The position numbers and the translations under genes are program-made. From Naegleria gruberi (Eukaryota), in NCBI GenBank assembly GCA_000004985.1, contig GG738879.1: 64,000 nucleotides of DNA. One strand, 5' to 3'. The stretch's first letter is position 1, and the number at the start of each line of letters is the position of its first letter. This document shows, piece by piece, positions 59,368-64,000 of the stretch. Under the pieces are notes generated by a model. It was not told the origin of the DNA and did no database searches. It saw only the letters and a program-made list of their open reading frames with translations.

Positions 59368-60665
59368 TTATAAACATGTGATTGTTATGTCAGAGTAAAT
59401 GTTATTAGAATTAAAAATTTGTGTGAATCGATTTGATAATTGACATAGTAATTGATTTTTCGTGGATAGAATCTTTGAAATCACAATGAATGCCATGTTT
59501 CCTCCAGAATATGGTTCTATATTAACAATGAAATCATTCCAATTTTGATCACTATTCTTACACAGCAGTGAAAGTTTGAAAGGCATTGAATTAACTTGAA
59601 CATTTGACTTGTAACTCAAAAAAAATATTGGCATTTCACCTTGGTGGTATGCTGTGAATGATTTGAATCTTGATTGACCATCTATTTCTTTTGTTATTAT
59701 TATTGTTTGATTATATCCTGAACTAATTGAAGATATTGGAGTATTGGGGAATTGAAAGTTTTCATCCTCTTTCACAGTGCACTTTTGATTTCTTTTAATT
59801 TCTTAATAATATATTCTAATCAACTCAAATGTTTAAACTGAGATAAACTTACTGAGCTTGTAAAAATTATTCGATTGTGTCATGACCATAAAGTAATCTT
59901 TTTTCAGTGCAATGTGTTTCACTCTATTTGCTCTCTTGTTAAAATAGGGAATCAATAATAATGAAGCAGAACTCAAAACTCCATCTTCAATTGGTACATA
60001 GTACAATCTATTATCACTTTCACCATTTGAGATTGTTTGAAAAAACACCATTGTTGCAGTGCAATAAATTGATTCAATATTTCCATAAATAGAAATATCA
60101 AAATCCAACTCTTTAATTTCAAAGTTAATTTGATTGTAAATATATATATTATTTTCGTTAGTTAAAATTAATAGGGGTAACAGTAAGAAGCTACCATTTT
60201 TGAAATATTTAAATTCTCTAATTTTTCAATTCTATTGAAATTGTCCTGTGGAAGTCTAGAATCATTTCCAATCCAATAAACATCTCTTCTACCAGTATTC
60301 GAAACTGTTAGAAAATATGAAGAATTTGTTGAAGGAATAATATCCAACACATCCAATCCATTTTCCCTTAAAAAAGAATCAACCCTTTCCAATTGACCTC
60401 GCTTTCTAAACATCTTGTGTGTTACGCAAAATCCCCAAATTTCAAATTTTGATTTTTCATTCATTGCATCCTTGATCATAAATAAAGTATAGTTACTTGT
60501 TGGTATAATTTTCCAAATTATTGGTTGAGTGTGCTCGGAGCAAGAAAACAATTCTTGTTTAATATTGGTGAAGAGATTTGTTGGAGAGTGGAATGGTTTC
60601 GGGTAGGATGTTGTTTTTGTCATGAATAATAAGTGAAATAATTGTGTGGATTCAATTCGTACCAT
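59368..60665 (-). CDS. Hypothetical multi-exon gene. Three same-strand ORFs (60168..60665, 59833..60108, 59368..59775) are separated by ~60-nt stop-containing spacers.
   Basis: Colinear same-strand ORFs with intron-sized gaps. Beta-rich composition; junctions not resolved. Confidence 0.35.
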
Positions 60666-60766
60666 TTTTTTAAATCTATTAGTAAGTTCGTGGTCAACTG
60701 TGTGTGTAAATTGTAAACAAATTGCTTCAAAATCATCAACTCAGACAATAAATATGTGAAAATAAT

Positions 60767-63053
60767 TTACTGTCTTGGCTCCTGTTCAAGAGATAAATTA
60801 TACAAATCATCATCTGTATATCTTCCAGCCATGTAAATATTGCTCCATTTGGTTTTACAGTCGTGGAATGGATAATCGTATGGTTTCTTCTGATATTCTA
60901 CAATTCTCTTAATAATCGAAGCAAGTTGATAGCGTTTGTTAATGTTGATTTTCCCATCCCTTTCATCTGGATTACCGTCCTCAAAGAATGTCAAATCAGA
61001 CAATAAAATTCCCATAAATGGAAGACTTGGCAATTCGGCTTGTTTCATGGCATCTCTCAGTACCTTAGAGTTTGCACTTATGCTGACAAGTTTTTCCAAT
61101 TCCTTATACTGAACCATTCTTTTTTGAGAAACTAATTCCCAAGATTTCTTCAATCTGTAAATACTGTTCGAAAGGAGAGACATCATGATTGCTCTCATAC
61201 TGTGGAAATTGTTCAAATTTCTTAACACAAAGGCAATCTTGATAAACTTTTCAATTACTTTAGCTCTCTTCTTTGGTGTGTCAATGTTCAAAATTAAGAA
61301 TGCCACATAGATTGCCAAATGGTTACTTCTCTCAATAAAATTGAAAATATTTGGTGCGTTTTTTCTTCTATTGGCATCACTCCATGCTTGATTGAGACAT
61401 TCCTATAAATTTAACGAATCATTCATGTGTTAATTAAAAATCGATTAGTTTACAAACCTTTGGTTGGATTCTATTGAAAATTTCCATATCAATGACACAC
61501 ATTTGTCTTGCAATATTCATTGAACTGTCCATAAGTTGTTCCTCAGTATTGTCACTAATTGATAAGGAAGCGCTCGCAAATGACTCTGACTCTGATGTTG
61601 AATTGAAATTAAAGAGTTTCTTAAAGATAGATGTCTTGTTCTTACTCTTCTCCTCCTCCAATTGTCTCCTGAGAGCTTCGAGTTGTTGCTGCTGTCTCTG
61701 AAATTGTTGAGCTGAGAAGGTTTCTCTCTGTTTTCTCTTCATATTCCAACATTTTTGAATGATACTTGCTGCCTTTATCATTTTGCTGTTGGATATCACA
61801 TCATTGATAAAGTGATGAGTTTCATTCTGTAATTCCAAATCCTTTCTGAAATTGTAGAAGAAATTATGAATCCAAGCATAGAGAATTTCACAAATTCTCA
61901 ATCTAATTTCGAACAATTTCCTCTTCCACTCTTGGAAATCAACACAACCAACTGGAGGTGGTGTATTGAATCTACTCTTTAAAAATTTCAAAACCTCCAT
62001 CGATGTTGTAAATGATTTGTAAGTTAATAGGAATGTAAATAGGAAATCTCCATCATTTTCATGTGGATCAGTTAAAAGTTGGAAGACCTTCTCCAATGTT
62101 GCATATTGTACTCCCTGTGTAATGCCCTTTCTTTCAATAACTTGACAAGTTTCTCCCAAATCTTGATATTGTGGCAATTCAGATATTGGTTCTGTATAGT
62201 ATTCTTGCAATTCTTCCAAAGAATAGGTACTCTCCTCCAAATATTCTTGAATATTTTCTCGAATGGCTTGCATTTGCTTTTCTGTAAATGTTGGAATATC
62301 CAAAATTCTTCTCAACTGTTCCAACCAATACTTTTTCAAATTGGAATTCTCATTGGTTGTGAAAATTTCACTCTCACCTTCCAATTTCAAACAAAATGCA
62401 TTGATAAAACTCGAATCATCTGCCAATCCCTTGACAGTCCAATCATATTGATCAAATCTAATAATTCTAAACTCTCTTCCTCCCATTGATGGATCTGTTT
62501 GTGTTAATTTTCCGATAAATAAGAATTTACTAAAGAGAAATGCTTTCACCTGAACAAACTTTTCATCCCCCAAATATCTACTCAAATTCGAAGGTCCCAA
62601 TACGAAACGTAATTCATAATCTTTTTCCCATTCCATTTTTCCATCAATTTCTGCAGAGATAAATGATGGATATTCTTGCGAAATTAAACTAATCATTTCT
62701 TCTACTTTCGGATCCATCAATAAAGTGGACGATAATGTATCGTTTGGAGTTGTAGGAGAGGCAGGTGAGTTAATTTCTTCTAAAATGTCGTTTGACGATG
62801 TAGACATGAGGTTTCTGAAAGTATTTTGTTTTCTGTATTCCTTTCTTGTTGTATTCGAGTTTAAAAGATTAGTTCCCAACTTTATTTCACTTTCGGCTAA
62901 AGAGGCAGTCGAATGATGTGAAGGTTGATGACGTCCCCTCTGTGTTGTATCACTAGTGGTAGTGGTACAAGCAGTGTTACCATCACTTGGAGTGTTGTTG
63001 CTGCCCTTCAGTGAAGAAGTAGAACTTGTTCTTGGTAGTGTAATTTCTTGCAT
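60767..63053 (-). CDS. Ras guanine-nucleotide exchange factor with a PH-like domain, RasGEF-N, IQ motif and Cdc25-homology domain. complement(join(60767..61402,61458..63053)), ~743 aa.
   Basis: The spliced junction IARQMCVIDMEIFNRIQPK|ECLNQAWSDANRRKNAPNIFNFIERSNHLAIYVAFLIL is the canonical start of the Cdc25 domain. The 55-nt intron is GTTTGT..TATAG. Other motifs: SMRAIMMSLLSNSIYRLKKSW, LPFMGILLSDLTFFEDGN and the RasGEF-N LFTFLLTYKSF. Confidence 0.8.
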
Positions 63054-63423
63054 TTTTTTATGTTTGTTGAATAATAAAGGACGGATGACATTTTCAAATT
63101 ACCTGAAGTTGCTATATTCGTCAGCTGTTTCACTCAAAATACTACAATCCCATTCAGAAGAGAATATAATTTCTGATATCTTGTTGGTAATATGTGACAT
63201 TTTTACAAGGTATGTGAATGGTTTGGTTTGAAAGTTCAACTATCTCACAAACACCAAAATTTACAATCTCATTTACAGTTTCTTTTTACGAGTTTACAGT
63301 TTACCAAAACCAACTCTAAATTGGCTTAATTCAGACTTTAAAAACCAAAATATTCTTCCTATTGCGAAAGCCACAACTCCAACCCCTCGTGCCTCCTAAC
63401 TACACATAATTCGCAACTACATA

Positions 63424-64000
63424 ATGTCCAATTCATTTCCATCTCCTACCTCGACGATTCTTTCTTCGGATTGCGCCAACACAAAGTTCTCTCCAGTACA
63501 AAACACATCAGCAAGCTTGCATGAATTGGTTCAACACACTAAAAAAATGTCAACAAGCTCTGCTCCTCCTCAACAACAACAACAACAACAACGAGAAAAA
63601 CAGCAAAAATTGGAATCTTCCTCCAAACCTGCTTCCACTGAACCTGCTTTACAATTAACCACTGGACCTGATTTAATAATTACAGAAAAGCAAATAGCTC
63701 AAGCATATCCATCACTTCCATTGTTGGAGAGACCTTTTGATATTGTGATTGTTTTGTTTTATTTAACATTTATATTGTCAACTGCATTCTTTGATTATCA
63801 CAATGTGTTGGCTCCTGCTTTGGGTGTGACAGTTAGGGATTTAATTGACAAGGATATTGATAGGCCATTTAATTGGCCTCCTGCACAATTTACCAAGACA
63901 GCTTTTAGAATTTGGGGAGAATATATTGATCCAGTCATGATCACTAATCCATTGTTTTGGGAAATTATGGAATGGATTAATAATATTTTCTTGACACCTG
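63424..64000 (+). CDS. Membrane protein, 3'-truncated at the window end (ATG at 63424, no stop through 64000).
   Basis: A 192-codon open frame with a poly-Gln run and hydrophobic helices (IVIVLFYLTFILSTAFF; NPLFWEIMEWINNIFL). It is absent from the track only because it has no stop. Confidence 0.5.
   Translation, partial: MSNSFPSPTSTILSSDCANTKFSPVQNTSASLHELVQHTKKMSTSSAPPQQQQQQQREKQQKLESSSKPASTEPALQLTTGPDLIITEKQIAQAYPSLPLLERPFDIVIVLFYLTFILSTAFFDYHNVLAPALGVTVRDLIDKDIDRPFNWPPAQFTKTAFRIWGEYIDPVMITNPLFWEIMEWINNIFLTP

Noticed and set aside
62956-63231. 91-aa ORF upstream of the RasGEF start
   Set aside because: It overlaps the RasGEF N-terminus antisense and runs into the promoter region. It is hydrophobic low-complexity and likely spurious.
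1-64000. Prokaryotic-style features (CRISPR arrays, operons, RBS, rho-independent terminators, IS elements)
   Set aside because: The sequence is clearly eukaryotic (spliceosomal introns, Pol III tRNA genes, 5S-like gene, poly-Asn proteins). No direct-repeat/spacer arrays or transposase ORFs are present.

Overview
This window is an AT-rich (~30% GC), gene-dense stretch of a eukaryotic nuclear genome. It has standard-code ORFs, short GT-AG introns (donors GTAAGT/GTATGT/GTTTGT, acceptors YAG, 44-500 nt), poly-Asn/poly-Gln coding runs and one 50-N assembly gap. F-box/LRR expansions, Ras/RasGEF/RhoGAP genes and tRNA genes followed by a conserved downstream B-box-like element point to a dictyostelid-type social amoeba (Polysphondylium or D. 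fasciculatum-like GC content); this attribution is inference. About 35 protein genes were reconstructed on both strands, many with introns worked out by hand from frame continuity. There are six tRNAs (Gly-GCC, Thr-AGU, Asp-GUC, His-GUG and two identical Val-AAC) and a 5S-rRNA-like gene. The centrepiece is a cluster of three paralogous two-exon receptor-type class III nucleotidyl cyclase genes. Each has a single TM, an extracellular NIT-like (nitrate/nitrite-sensing type) domain, a second TM and a cyclase domain. Their catalytic cores are ~97% identical at the nucleotide level (gene conversion). They sit in a signalling neighbourhood with a G-alpha subunit gene, a 7TM receptor-like gene, a RasGEF, a WW-MyTH4-RhoGAP, an ankyrin-repeat kinase and an F-box-Ras pseudo-GTPase. 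The window also holds an ornithine carbamoyltransferase-carbamate kinase fusion ORF (two arginine-deiminase-pathway enzymes in one polypeptide). Caveat: in a few places the printed text and the supplied ORF track disagree by 1-2 nt at line boundaries, so exon boundaries I derived by hand may be off by +/-1-3 nt; track coordinates were used where available.
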